Origin: a virus
Strand: one strand, 5' to 3'
Virus record (IMG/VR): IMGVR_UViG_3300032224_000723
Span: 64,001 to 128,000 of that record
Length of the DNA stretch: 64,000 nt
The position numbers and the translations under genes were made by a program. Each line of letters opens with the position of its first letter. Within the stretch, counting starts at the first letter, position 1. Shown here one piece after another: positions 37,103 through 46,378 of this stretch. The notes below the pieces were generated by a model. That model was not told the origin of the DNA. It did no database searches and saw only the letters and a list, made by a program, of their open reading frames with translations.

Positions 37103-38610
37103 CTTTTAATCAAAAAATTCTATGCGTCGGAAATGAAACAGAAGATACTGACATAAAAGTCAATCAACTATCTCAGGATCATAACACTGTTAATCACGGT
37201 GTCATAACTGATACAGTGGTTGTCCCAGTACACCCAGGATATTATCATACTACATTGGCAGACATCCAACCTGGTGGCATTGCACACATAGCTAAAAACT
37301 TCGACGAAATCATAATGTTGGATCAATCACCAGAATCGTATCCTCATTGGAAATCGTTTGTTGGTACTTTTAGGTTAATGTACGATCTAGAACAAACTGG
37401 AAACAAAGTTACATATAGAAACAATGAAGGTAATAAAGTTATTTCGTATTGGCATGACTTATTAAGAGAAAATAAAAGTGTTTGCTTTTATCCATTCTTA
37501 GGACTAATAGATAATCTTACATCTGCAGGAGTATGTCCTAAAAACTTTGACCCGTTTACAGACATAAACAGTATACATGATTGGCAAGTTGATGCCAAAT
37601 ATAATGTTATACGTAATAAAATGTTACGAGGAGAATTAGTCAATGAATGGTGTGAAGATTGCTACAGTCAAGAAAGTTTAGGTCAAGAAAGCACAAGACA
37701 ATTCGAAACACTTGAGTGGATGTCAAGATTAAATTTTAAATCAATTAACGATCTTGCTGACGTAGAATCACCTGCATACTATGAAATTCGCCCCAACAAC
37801 AAATGCAATGTCATGTGCAGAACTTGTGACAACGCTCGCAGTCACTTAATTGAAAAAGAATGGAAAACTATTAATATTCCATTACTGCATTATAAAGACG
37901 GAAATATAAAATTTGAGCACGTAGATTTTAACACAGTTAAAAGAATTTATGTTGGTGGGGGCGAACCAACAGTAATGGCAGAATTTTATGATTTCCTAAC
38001 TAAGTGTATCAAACAAAACCGCACTGATTTTGAACTTGTAATTGGTACAAATGGTATGAAGTTCAGTGATAAAATTATGGGACTCTTTAGTCATTTCAGT
38101 GATGTTTGTTTTTCTGTTAGTTTTGATGGCTATAAAAAAGTAGGCGACTATATTCGTTGGGGCACTGATTTTGACACAGTTGTTAAGAATTCGCACATGC
38201 TGTTGGCACAAGGACATAAAGTATCGCTACAAACTGTGTTTTCCATTTACAATTCAACTCGTATGCATGAGATTTTTGAATTTTACGATAGAGAATTTCC
38301 CACTTCAAGTCTACTAGTACAGTACGCTGGATTTGAGGAAGACATAATGAATCCATATAACAATCCTTGTCGAGAAATGGTAATAGAATCCATGTATAAA
38401 TGTATGCAAACAAAAGTCTATTACTCCAATGGCAGATCATGCAAAACACAAGTGGATGCTATGTTGGATTGGTATGAAAACAACTATCAATTTGATGTCA
38501 ATAAATTAAAAAAGTTTTTTGAGTTTAATGATAAAATTGATCGTCAAAGAAATAGTCTACTAGGTAATTACATACCCGAGCTTGAACAAGCAAGACATTT
38601 AATTAAATGA
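37099..38610 (+). CDS. Radical SAM protein with extra N-terminal domain and auxiliary Cys domain
   Basis: CFYPF..VC..CEDC; CNVMCRTC; GGGEP; TNG. Confidence 0.85.
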   Translation: MTFNQKILCVGNETEDTDIKVNQLSQDHNTVNHGVITDTVVVPVHPGYYHTTLADIQPGGIAHIAKNFDEIIMLDQSPESYPHWKSFVGTFRLMYDLEQTGNKVTYRNNEGNKVISYWHDLLRENKSVCFYPFLGLIDNLTSAGVCPKNFDPFTDINSIHDWQVDAKYNVIRNKMLRGELVNEWCEDCYSQESLGQESTRQFETLEWMSRLNFKSINDLADVESPAYYEIRPNNKCNVMCRTCDNARSHLIEKEWKTINIPLLHYKDGNIKFEHVDFNTVKRIYVGGGEPTVMAEFYDFLTKCIKQNRTDFELVIGTNGMKFSDKIMGLFSHFSDVCFSVSFDGYKKVGDYIRWGTDFDTVVKNSHMLLAQGHKVSLQTVFSIYNSTRMHEIFEFYDREFPTSSLLVQYAGFEEDIMNPYNNPCREMVIESMYKCMQTKVYYSNGRSCKTQVDAMLDWYENNYQFDVNKLKKFFEFNDKIDRQRNSLLGNYIPELEQARHLIK

Positions 38611-38861
38611 AATTATTTGAAACAATGGTACTGCACGAATTTAATATGGGCGATGTAGAAGATCCGTATTTGTATGCGGCATTTCCTATTGGCGACTGGC
38701 AAAAGACAGAACAAGGTCAGTGGGTCATGGACAATGTTATCGGTGAGCCAACTTTTCACTGCATGCCAGATCCGCATCAATATGGGTACCGTGTAGTTAT
38801 TACTGGAGAGCTATCTCCAAAAAATCAAACTTACTATAATTTAAAATGGGGCATTAAATGA
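38607..38861 (+). CDS. Hypothetical protein (F/Y-x-L-K-W family)
   Basis: GQWVMDN...QTYYNLKWG. Confidence 0.7.
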   Translation: MKLFETMVLHEFNMGDVEDPYLYAAFPIGDWQKTEQGQWVMDNVIGEPTFHCMPDPHQYGYRVVITGELSPKNQTYYNLKWGIK

Positions 38862-39832
38862 AATTTTTAGTAACTGGCGGTGCAGGCTTTATTGGCCACA
38901 ACGTAGTTAGACAATTAGAGCAACAAGGGCACGAATGCTTTGTATTAGATTGCATAACTAATTATGGGTTTGTGCCACAAGACGAGTTAACATATCTAGC
39001 ACGTGAACGTAAGCAACGTATGAAAGCTAATGTAGCACATATAGATCTACGTGATACTGAGGCTGTTATTAATTGGTTTAAAACTTTTAGTTTTAGAGCA
39101 GATGCCGTAATTCACCTTGCTAGTTTTCCTAGACAAAAAGTTGTAAGTCAAAATCCTGTTATGGCGTCAGAAGTTATGAGCACAGGACTAGTTAACTTGT
39201 TGGAACTTACTCGTCAACTTAAAATTCCTAAGTTTGTTTATATCAGCAGTAGCATGGTCTACGGAGATTTTGACAATGATGTCACAGAGAGTAGTCCGTG
39301 TAAGCCGCAAGGACAATACGGTATTATGAAATATATGGGAGAGAAACTTGTTGAAGATTATACTCGCCGTGGTTGTTTTAGCCACGTTATTATCCGCCCC
39401 AGTGCTGTTTATGGCGAATACGACGTCGAAGACCGCGTCGTGTCCAAATTCATGCTCGGAGCAATGCGTGGTGAAACATTAAAGATTAAAGGTGCCAATG
39501 AAGTTCTGGACTTTACATACGTAGAAGATACTGCACAAGGTATTGTGTTGGCTGCAACTAAAACAGAAGCTGACAATAAAATCTATAACATCACAAGAGC
39601 AGATACAAAACTATACACATTGTTAGATGCCGCAAATATTGCATTAAGCATTGCAGGCAAAGGCAGCATAGTTATACAAGACAAAGATGCCGACTTTCCC
39701 AGTCGCGGAAGATTAAGCATTGATAGGGCTGTTGCTGATTTAGGATACAAGCCCACTGTCAGCGTTGAAGAAGGTTTTAAACGCTATTACGAATGGTTTA
39801 AAAAGAGCGCATTTTGGCAGCAACGAATGTAA
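38858..39832 (+). CDS. NAD-dependent nucleotide-sugar epimerase/dehydratase (extended SDR)
   Basis: TGGAGFIG, HLAS, SSSMVYG, YGIMK, DFTYVED. Confidence 0.92.
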   Translation: MKFLVTGGAGFIGHNVVRQLEQQGHECFVLDCITNYGFVPQDELTYLARERKQRMKANVAHIDLRDTEAVINWFKTFSFRADAVIHLASFPRQKVVSQNPVMASEVMSTGLVNLLELTRQLKIPKFVYISSSMVYGDFDNDVTESSPCKPQGQYGIMKYMGEKLVEDYTRRGCFSHVIIRPSAVYGEYDVEDRVVSKFMLGAMRGETLKIKGANEVLDFTYVEDTAQGIVLAATKTEADNKIYNITRADTKLYTLLDAANIALSIAGKGSIVIQDKDADFPSRGRLSIDRAVADLGYKPTVSVEEGFKRYYEWFKKSAFWQQRM

Positions 39833-40923
39833 TTCCTTTCTTTGGTGTTAATCGCCAATATCAAAACTTACGTGAAGAACTATTAGAAGTAATAGATCAA
39901 GTATACAGTACTGGCCAAGTTCTAGACGGTAATTACACTAAAGAATTTGAAAGGCAAATTGCTGCCAGATGCCATAGACGTTATGCTGTGGCTGTGGGCA
40001 GTTGCACTCAAGCATTGATATTTGCCCAGCAAGTATTGTTCCAAGAACCCACAAAAATTCTAATACCCACTGTTAGTTTTGTTGCCACTATCAACAGTGT
40101 GTTACTAAATGGCAATACTCCTGTGTTTTGTGATGTAGATGATCAAGCACTGATGAATTTAGAAAGCGTGGACTATGCTATCAAAGGATCAGGTGTTGAC
40201 GGTATCATGTATGCTAACTTGTTTGGCAATACTGTGGACTACGATAGGTTTACCATGACTGCGGGATTCTTTAACAGTGATTTAAAAGTAATTGAAGATG
40301 CCGCTCAAAGTTTTGGTGCTAGCTACAAAGGTCAACCCAGTGGCAGTTTAGGTGACGTCAGTGTATTAAGTTTTGATCCCACTAAAAATTTAAACAACTA
40401 CGGATCGGGTGGCATGGTTTTAGTAGATGATTTGCCCACTGCTAAATTGTTGCGTGACTTACGTGACAATGGCAAAGAACTAAATCACGACAATCCTGGT
40501 ACTAACAGTAAGATGAGCGAAGCAGATTGTGCTCAAATGTTGGTTAAGTTAAAACATTTTGATGCTTGGCAGCGGCGCAGAACTGAAATTGCAGAATACT
40601 ATAACGCAGAGCTGTCTAATTACGTAGATACTCCAAAAACTACAACTGGCACGGTACATGCGTGGAGCAAGTATGTGATTAAAACTGCAGATAGATCTGC
40701 CCTTAAAGAACAATTAAGCAAACAAGGCATTGAAACAAAAGTAAACTATCACACACCATTGTATGATCTGCAGGTAGGATATTCTTACATTAACTATGCC
40801 ATGGACTTGTATAGAGAAGCCAGCGCATTTTGTGTTGAGTGTTTGTCATTGCCTATCTATCCCGAGATGACTGACACGGAAGTAGAACGTGTAGTTGATG
40901 CGATTATTTCGTATACCGCTTAA
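39814..40923 (+). CDS. DegT/DnrJ/EryC1/StrS PLP-dependent sugar aminotransferase
   Basis: IEDAAQSFG, SFDPTKNL..GSGG, NSKMSE, LSLPIYP. Confidence 0.92.
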   Translation: MAATNVIPFFGVNRQYQNLREELLEVIDQVYSTGQVLDGNYTKEFERQIAARCHRRYAVAVGSCTQALIFAQQVLFQEPTKILIPTVSFVATINSVLLNGNTPVFCDVDDQALMNLESVDYAIKGSGVDGIMYANLFGNTVDYDRFTMTAGFFNSDLKVIEDAAQSFGASYKGQPSGSLGDVSVLSFDPTKNLNNYGSGGMVLVDDLPTAKLLRDLRDNGKELNHDNPGTNSKMSEADCAQMLVKLKHFDAWQRRRTEIAEYYNAELSNYVDTPKTTTGTVHAWSKYVIKTADRSALKEQLSKQGIETKVNYHTPLYDLQVGYSYINYAMDLYREASAFCVECLSLPIYPEMTDTEVERVVDAIISYTA

Positions 40924-42535
40924 AGTATTCCTGTAGCCAAGCCCATTCAAAAGTTAACATCAACGCATCATAGTCTCCGTTAACTGACTCATAATACTCC
41001 ACAGCATCTGCGGCTCCACGCAAACACCATTCAGCATAATCACCTTGAGCTTTGGTTAACCAAGTCTTAAGTCTATATTCTGTTTCTACATTAGGTTCAG
41101 TAACACTAAAATGTTTTAACTTAACGACTTCACGAAACGCAGTACGCCAAGTCATCCATGCACTTTGATTGAAGTGTGCAATGCCGCTAAGAATAGGCAC
41201 TACTTCATGTGCTTTGCTTAATGTAAAGTCTAATCCACTATCGATAGTTTCTAATACCAATCTCTTGTTATATGCAATCATAGCTTGATGTCCGTAGACT
41301 AATCCATTCACGGGATTCTTAGCATGGAAGATATAGTGTTTGGGTTCTTGGAAATAGTCTGGTTGCCAGTGCCAAGGAAAACTCCCACCCAAGACTTCCA
41401 ATTTGGCAAACACAGTTAAAAACCATGGAGTAGTACTAGCTTCGGCTGCTGCCTTGTAAGCATTAGCACGACCATTGACTCCGCGTATCCACTTAACATC
41501 TCTGTTGCTTTGGTATTCAGTGTTCTCAAACCATTTTTGTTCGTCAGGTTCTCCGTTGCTGATGTAGATAATATCCAGCTCTTTTTCAGTGAAATGTTGC
41601 TGTTCTTGGCTCTTAACGTAGGGATAATCGTATACTTGTGACTGCAAATGTGCCTTAATATCACGGGGTACTACACAGACAGCGTGACTACGTGTAAATG
41701 TCTCTACAGACCTGTCTTTTTCACTCCAAAGACAGGGTTGGTAATAAACAGTTAAATCAGACTGATTGGTAAACAGCGCATACGGGCCAGTAAATTCGAA
41801 TTTTTTAATTTCATCAACTAAGTTATCCGAATCATACTCACAGCGTGGCATGGAATGTCTCTCAACTCGCATGCGGTCACAGTAGTTGATTACATTAAAC
41901 CAATCCAACAACTCTAGTTCTGCCATTTGACGTTTAAATGATTCCACATGAATGTAAAACGTATCTCCACGTTTTTGATTGCCGCTGGGAAACACATGAA
42001 CCATTTCTTCTGTCCACTGGGCAGGATGCCAGGTAAAATCAAATGCCGCATAATCACATAGACTACTAATGATCCATACGTACTCTGTGGCGGCAAGATT
42101 TATTATGCGTTTGAATACGTTTAAGTGACTGTCAACATATCTAGTGGATTTTATATTGGACCAAGATTCTCTAAGTAATGCTAGATCAACTTGGCTTCCA
42201 GTATTCATAAAGTCCATGTAGAATATGTCTGTGGCTTGTGCTCTATTTACAATATCCTGTGCTTCAGTGTGCCAATGCCATTGATGTTCTTTAGTATGTT
42301 TAGGAACAAAATAAGTGCCACCATTATCTTGCCATTGACTGGCCCAAATATGTGTGTGCTCTGCTTCCCACGGCACAGGAACAAAGTCGAAGTCAAAGTC
42401 TGTGTAATCGTTTAAGCCGTTAACAAACCAACAGAACTTAGTGCGGCTCTGTGACTGTGCATCTACTAGGTCTCGAGCTGGACGTTCAAATGCAAATAAG
42501 TTGGGTTTTGGTCCTGTATAGAATACGTCAAACAT
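40904..42535 (-). CDS. Multi-domain glycosyltransferase-like protein (degenerate GT-A repeats)
   Basis: C-terminal domain is paralogous to 56490-57416 (NGLxYG, WRxxFRExxK); two N-terminal DYxxFDFxxxP repeats. Confidence 0.6.
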   Translation of the reverse strand: MFDVFYTGPKPNLFAFERPARDLVDAQSQSRTKFCWFVNGLNDYTDFDFDFVPVPWEAEHTHIWASQWQDNGGTYFVPKHTKEHQWHWHTEAQDIVNRAQATDIFYMDFMNTGSQVDLALLRESWSNIKSTRYVDSHLNVFKRIINLAATEYVWIISSLCDYAAFDFTWHPAQWTEEMVHVFPSGNQKRGDTFYIHVESFKRQMAELELLDWFNVINYCDRMRVERHSMPRCEYDSDNLVDEIKKFEFTGPYALFTNQSDLTVYYQPCLWSEKDRSVETFTRSHAVCVVPRDIKAHLQSQVYDYPYVKSQEQQHFTEKELDIIYISNGEPDEQKWFENTEYQSNRDVKWIRGVNGRANAYKAAAEASTTPWFLTVFAKLEVLGGSFPWHWQPDYFQEPKHYIFHAKNPVNGLVYGHQAMIAYNKRLVLETIDSGLDFTLSKAHEVVPILSGIAHFNQSAWMTWRTAFREVVKLKHFSVTEPNVETEYRLKTWLTKAQGDYAEWCLRGAADAVEYYESVNGDYDALMLTFEWAWLQEYFKRYTK

Positions 42536-42980
42536 CTACTTGTTTTATATCAATGTTGCACTTTTTAAGAAAGTCTACTCCCGCCATGTCCCGATAACTA
42601 TTGCGATAGTATACGCTAGATATACCGCTTTGGTATATAAGTTTGGCACAATCCAAACAAGGAGCGTGAGTAATAAAAATACTAGCATCACTACCGCTTT
42701 GGCTTGATTTGGCCAGCTTTGCAATCGCATTGGATTCAGCATGTAATACCTCTTTTCTTGTTACTAATTCTTCTATCTTTGTTTGGGGGTGTCTAAAGAC
42801 GTATTCACAATTATTATCCCAACCACTGGGCATACCATTATAACCAATGCTAATGATTGTATCATCTTTAACTATAATAGCACCTACATGTAAACGTGTT
42901 GCTGTACTACATTCAGCAAATATCTCCGCTGTTTTCATGTATGCTTTAATGTGTTTTTCTTTTATGACCAATTTGTCCAT
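42528..42980 (-). CDS. dCMP deaminase
   Basis: VGAIIV, GYNG, HAESNA, PCLDC. Confidence 0.9.
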   Translation of the reverse strand: MDKLVIKEKHIKAYMKTAEIFAECSTATRLHVGAIIVKDDTIISIGYNGMPSGWDNNCEYVFRHPQTKIEELVTRKEVLHAESNAIAKLAKSSQSGSDASIFITHAPCLDCAKLIYQSGISSVYYRNSYRDMAGVDFLKKCNIDIKQVDV

Positions 42981-43624
42981 TTATCTGTTAGTTGATGAAA
43001 TTTTGATAGATCTAGGTGTTTATCACCAGGCATATAATTATTAATCATTTCAACAAGTTGGTTTGCTAGTTCTTGATTGTTGTCTATGCTTAAATGATTT
43101 TCCCTAGAGTCATGGAACAAAGCAAATTCTTTAGCATTTATTTCATTTAAACTTATAGATGTCAAACTAGGCCAAACATTAATTCCCGCCAACGCAGATC
43201 TTTGACTCCATGTCCACGGAAAACAATGTAAGTTTACTATCTTTGTGTGTGCCCACCTAACGGTAATTTCTTCAAACCATTTTTTATGTGCCCAATGTAC
43301 AAAATCACTGTCGTGTATATATTTGAAATAAAGTGCGACGGCAAGTTCTATTTCATTATTTTTATTCAATTGAGAATGATTAATCTTACCAATTGTTTTA
43401 TTACTAGTCGGAATTCTGTCAGAGTTAGTATGTGCAAATATCACTGCTTCACAGTTTTCAATATCAGCCTCACTAACTGAATTTAAAAAACATTTTACAG
43501 CCCACCAAGGTTGACCACCGCCGCCATAACAGATTAAATTTAAATTTAATTGTTTAGCTACCATAGTTGGCCAAAATTGATAGTAAGTTGAGAAACTGTC
43601 ACCTAATACAATTAAATTTTTCAT
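42962..43624 (-). CDS. SGNH/GDSL-like protein
   Basis: LGDSF block I; C-terminal NHLS. Confidence 0.65.
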   Translation of the reverse strand: MKNLIVLGDSFSTYYQFWPTMVAKQLNLNLICYGGGGQPWWAVKCFLNSVSEADIENCEAVIFAHTNSDRIPTSNKTIGKINHSQLNKNNEIELAVALYFKYIHDSDFVHWAHKKWFEEITVRWAHTKIVNLHCFPWTWSQRSALAGINVWPSLTSISLNEINAKEFALFHDSRENHLSIDNNQELANQLVEMINNYMPGDKHLDLSKFHQLTDKWTNWS

Positions 43625-45147
43625 TAGCTAACTACCTTTATTCCATATAGAGTTTCAAATCTATCTGCATCTGCGCGGTCGTTGACCATAGGCTCACCGC
43701 GTATATTTAGACTAGTGTTCAACAACATAGGACAGCCAGTCATCACGTACCACTTCTCTAGTAGTTCTCTTATACCGCTACCGTCTTTGGCGACAGTTTG
43801 TACACGACTAGATCCATCAACATGCACAATAGCAGGAAATAAATTAGGTCGTTTACACCAAGCAACGGACTGCATGTAAGGACTAGTTTCCCATCCCTTG
43901 TGCATATCGAAATACTCGTCGGCTAATTCAGCCAATATCACAGGTGCAAAAGGTCTAAACTTTTGTCTACGTTTGATTTCGTTTACACGATCTTTGATAT
44001 CAGGACCACGCGGGTCTGCAAGTAAACTTCTATTGCCTAGCGCCCGCGGACCAAATTCTGCACGTCCACTCGCCACACCAACAATGCCAGTAGTGACGAG
44101 ATGGTCAAGGGCATCATTAACAGGATACCCACCAGGGATGTCATGACCCAAAAAAGCAGTAGTCCAATTAATACGCTGACCGTAAGCAAGGGCCGCGGCG
44201 CCAAGGCTACTGCCAGCATCACCAGGATTAGGCATAATCCATATATTATCATAATAATCTCCTAAGTTTCTATTTGCTAAACAATTTAGGGCAACACCGC
44301 CCATGTAAACAAGATTTGTACTCCAGTCAAAACTTTTGGACCGGCGTATAACATTATATATCAACTTTTCCACAATCTCTTGTGCGGCCCATGCCCAAGC
44401 TTCATTATCTATTCTCCAATTACTTGTAATTCCCGTGTGTAAATTATCTCTGAAAATAATTTCTTGGTCATCTTTGATATAAACTCTACTCAATATGTCT
44501 GGTAGTAACTCTGTAGTTTTTCCATATGCAGCCATACCCATAAGTATGTATTCTTCTTCGTTGGGTTTTAGGCCCACTTCTTTGGTTATTGCACTATAAA
44601 ATAATCCAATGCTGTGTGGATATTTTTGTCCCCACAATTTTTTATACTTTGCCTGTCCTTTTTTATTGTACTCTGCGCCCCAAATACTTATAGTATCCCA
44701 TTCGCCAATAGCATCGATGACAACTACTGTAGCACGATTGAACGGACTTGTTTGAAAGCCTGCGGATGCATGACTTAGATGATGATTATAACTACTAGTT
44801 GATATATTAGTTAAAGGTCGAATCTCATCAGTTACTTGTTTATTTTTTAATTCCGTATACCAACTACCAAGTTGTTTTCGTAAAGATTGTTCTACGGTCA
44901 ATGACTGCCACTGGATACCTTCGCCACTGTATAACCTACGTAGTTGTTTAGCCCATGGGCGTTCGTAGTATGCAATTTCATTAATATCAAATTTAGAAAT
45001 TTCTTCAATAAGTCCAGCACTGATATTGGCGTCATTCTTTACTTTGCTATAACGTTCGCTATGGCCAGCAAAAAGTATATCGCCATGGCGATTTATAACT
45101 GTAGCGGCTGCATCGTGAAATCCAGCCGAAATTCCTAATATATTCAT
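43624..45147 (-). CDS. Carbamoyltransferase (NodU/CmcH/TobZ family)
   Basis: HDAAA, ERYSK, HHLSHA, DAIGE, GGVALN, GDAG, EFGPRALGNRS, FRPFAP, NTSLN. Confidence 0.95.
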   Translation of the reverse strand: MNILGISAGFHDAAATVINRHGDILFAGHSERYSKVKNDANISAGLIEEISKFDINEIAYYERPWAKQLRRLYSGEGIQWQSLTVEQSLRKQLGSWYTELKNKQVTDEIRPLTNISTSSYNHHLSHASAGFQTSPFNRATVVVIDAIGEWDTISIWGAEYNKKGQAKYKKLWGQKYPHSIGLFYSAITKEVGLKPNEEEYILMGMAAYGKTTELLPDILSRVYIKDDQEIIFRDNLHTGITSNWRIDNEAWAWAAQEIVEKLIYNVIRRSKSFDWSTNLVYMGGVALNCLANRNLGDYYDNIWIMPNPGDAGSSLGAAALAYGQRINWTTAFLGHDIPGGYPVNDALDHLVTTGIVGVASGRAEFGPRALGNRSLLADPRGPDIKDRVNEIKRRQKFRPFAPVILAELADEYFDMHKGWETSPYMQSVAWCKRPNLFPAIVHVDGSSRVQTVAKDGSGIRELLEKWYVMTGCPMLLNTSLNIRGEPMVNDRADADRFETLYGIKVVS

Positions 45148-45245
45148 TTATAGATAAATGGATCTCGTTTACGTAGTTCTTTTAGTTTTTTACGATATCG
45201 AATTTCTAATCGAATTCTGTTCCAAATGTTTCTTAACCAGTTCAT
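45144..45245 (-). CDS. Small basic peptide upstream of the carbamoyltransferase (33 aa, not in ORF track)
   Basis: MNWLRNIWNRIRLEIRYRKKLKELRKRDPFIYK; GAAGGA SD; ATGA-coupled. Confidence 0.7.
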   Translation of the reverse strand: MNWLRNIWNRIRLEIRYRKKLKELRKRDPFIYK

Positions 45246-45250
45246 TGATT

Positions 45251-46378
45251 TTATCCTTCAGTAATATTTATAGTGCTACTGTAGTCATACCCCGGTTTCA
45301 TCATATCAATCTGCATTTGTTTGTATCCAGAATCAGCCCAACTATAATTAAACGTATTTGACACACCGTTAACTTCAATTTTATAGATGTCTAAGTGTGA
45401 ACCTAATATGTTCCATATAGTTTGATAGTCTTCAGTACCAAAACTCTCTTTTAACATAACTTGGCCAATTGGCAAATATCCTAAACTTAACTTAGGATCC
45501 ATTGGATCTCTTCCGTTGTCAATTAACCAATCATGAAATCTTTGTTGTTCTGTATTGTGCCAAGGCACTGGGCCACCGAGCTTAACATCGTTGCCCCATT
45601 CAACATCAAATTCCCCGCTATAATATTTTAGTTCAGTTATGGCTTCACATACTGTGTCTGTTAATTCTGGTGCACCTTCATCTCTAAAAACTTCAAATAG
45701 TGTTTTACCTATTTGTGTCCAATGCATATATACACCGCCTATTACACGATCATATCCATTTTGTAAAAATAACTGTCTATGATTATCTGTTAAATCAAAT
45801 CTAGGACTATTAATAAATGTTGTAATTTGACTGGGTCGTACCCAATAAGGAACTGTGGTTAATTTACGTTGGCTCAGTATTAAATTTTCTATTTCGTGAC
45901 AAATGTTATTCAATTGTCGTATTGCATATTTTGTTTCGTAGTCAGCACGACGATAGTAATCACTTAGATTCCAAACTGTGCCTTGCAACTGTTCAAAATG
46001 ATTGTGTAGTTTGTTCAACAATTCATGATTTGGTCCCAATGTACCCACATTAAATCCTTCTGTGGCTGTGTCAGGTGCTAATAAATTGTCGGGCTGTATA
46101 TCCAAATCAATTTGATAATCTGGAAAATAGTTATTGATTGTAACTACATGCATTTGCAATTCTGTGCATAGGTATTCTAAACTACGGGAAGTTTTTGGAA
46201 AACCCATAAAGCAAAAATTCTTTTCTAATAAATTATTAGACTGCAACAAACCTTTAAGTGCATGTGTCCAATCCCTTGCTAGTTCATTGTCTGCAGGTTG
46301 AATTACATAATCAATTTGATCGTTATAATTTAATGGATTACGTAGTACTACTTTAATTGATTGATTGCCACCACTCAT
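45251..46378 (-). CDS. Hypothetical protein (paralog of 49219-50028)
   Basis: LHNHFE, LNNICHEIE, GKTLFEVF, LGYLPIGQV. Confidence 0.75.
   Translation of the reverse strand: MSGGNQSIKVVLRNPLNYNDQIDYVIQPADNELARDWTHALKGLLQSNNLLEKNFCFMGFPKTSRSLEYLCTELQMHVVTINNYFPDYQIDLDIQPDNLLAPDTATEGFNVGTLGPNHELLNKLHNHFEQLQGTVWNLSDYYRRADYETKYAIRQLNNICHEIENLILSQRKLTTVPYWVRPSQITTFINSPRFDLTDNHRQLFLQNGYDRVIGGVYMHWTQIGKTLFEVFRDEGAPELTDTVCEAITELKYYSGEFDVEWGNDVKLGGPVPWHNTEQQRFHDWLIDNGRDPMDPKLSLGYLPIGQVMLKESFGTEDYQTIWNILGSHLDIYKIEVNGVSNTFNYSWADSGYKQMQIDMMKPGYDYSSTINITEG
45265..45272 (-). promoter_or_regulatory. T4 late-type promoter TATAAATA
   Basis: Exact TATAAATA on the - strand ~20 nt upstream of ATG 45245. Confidence 0.6.
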
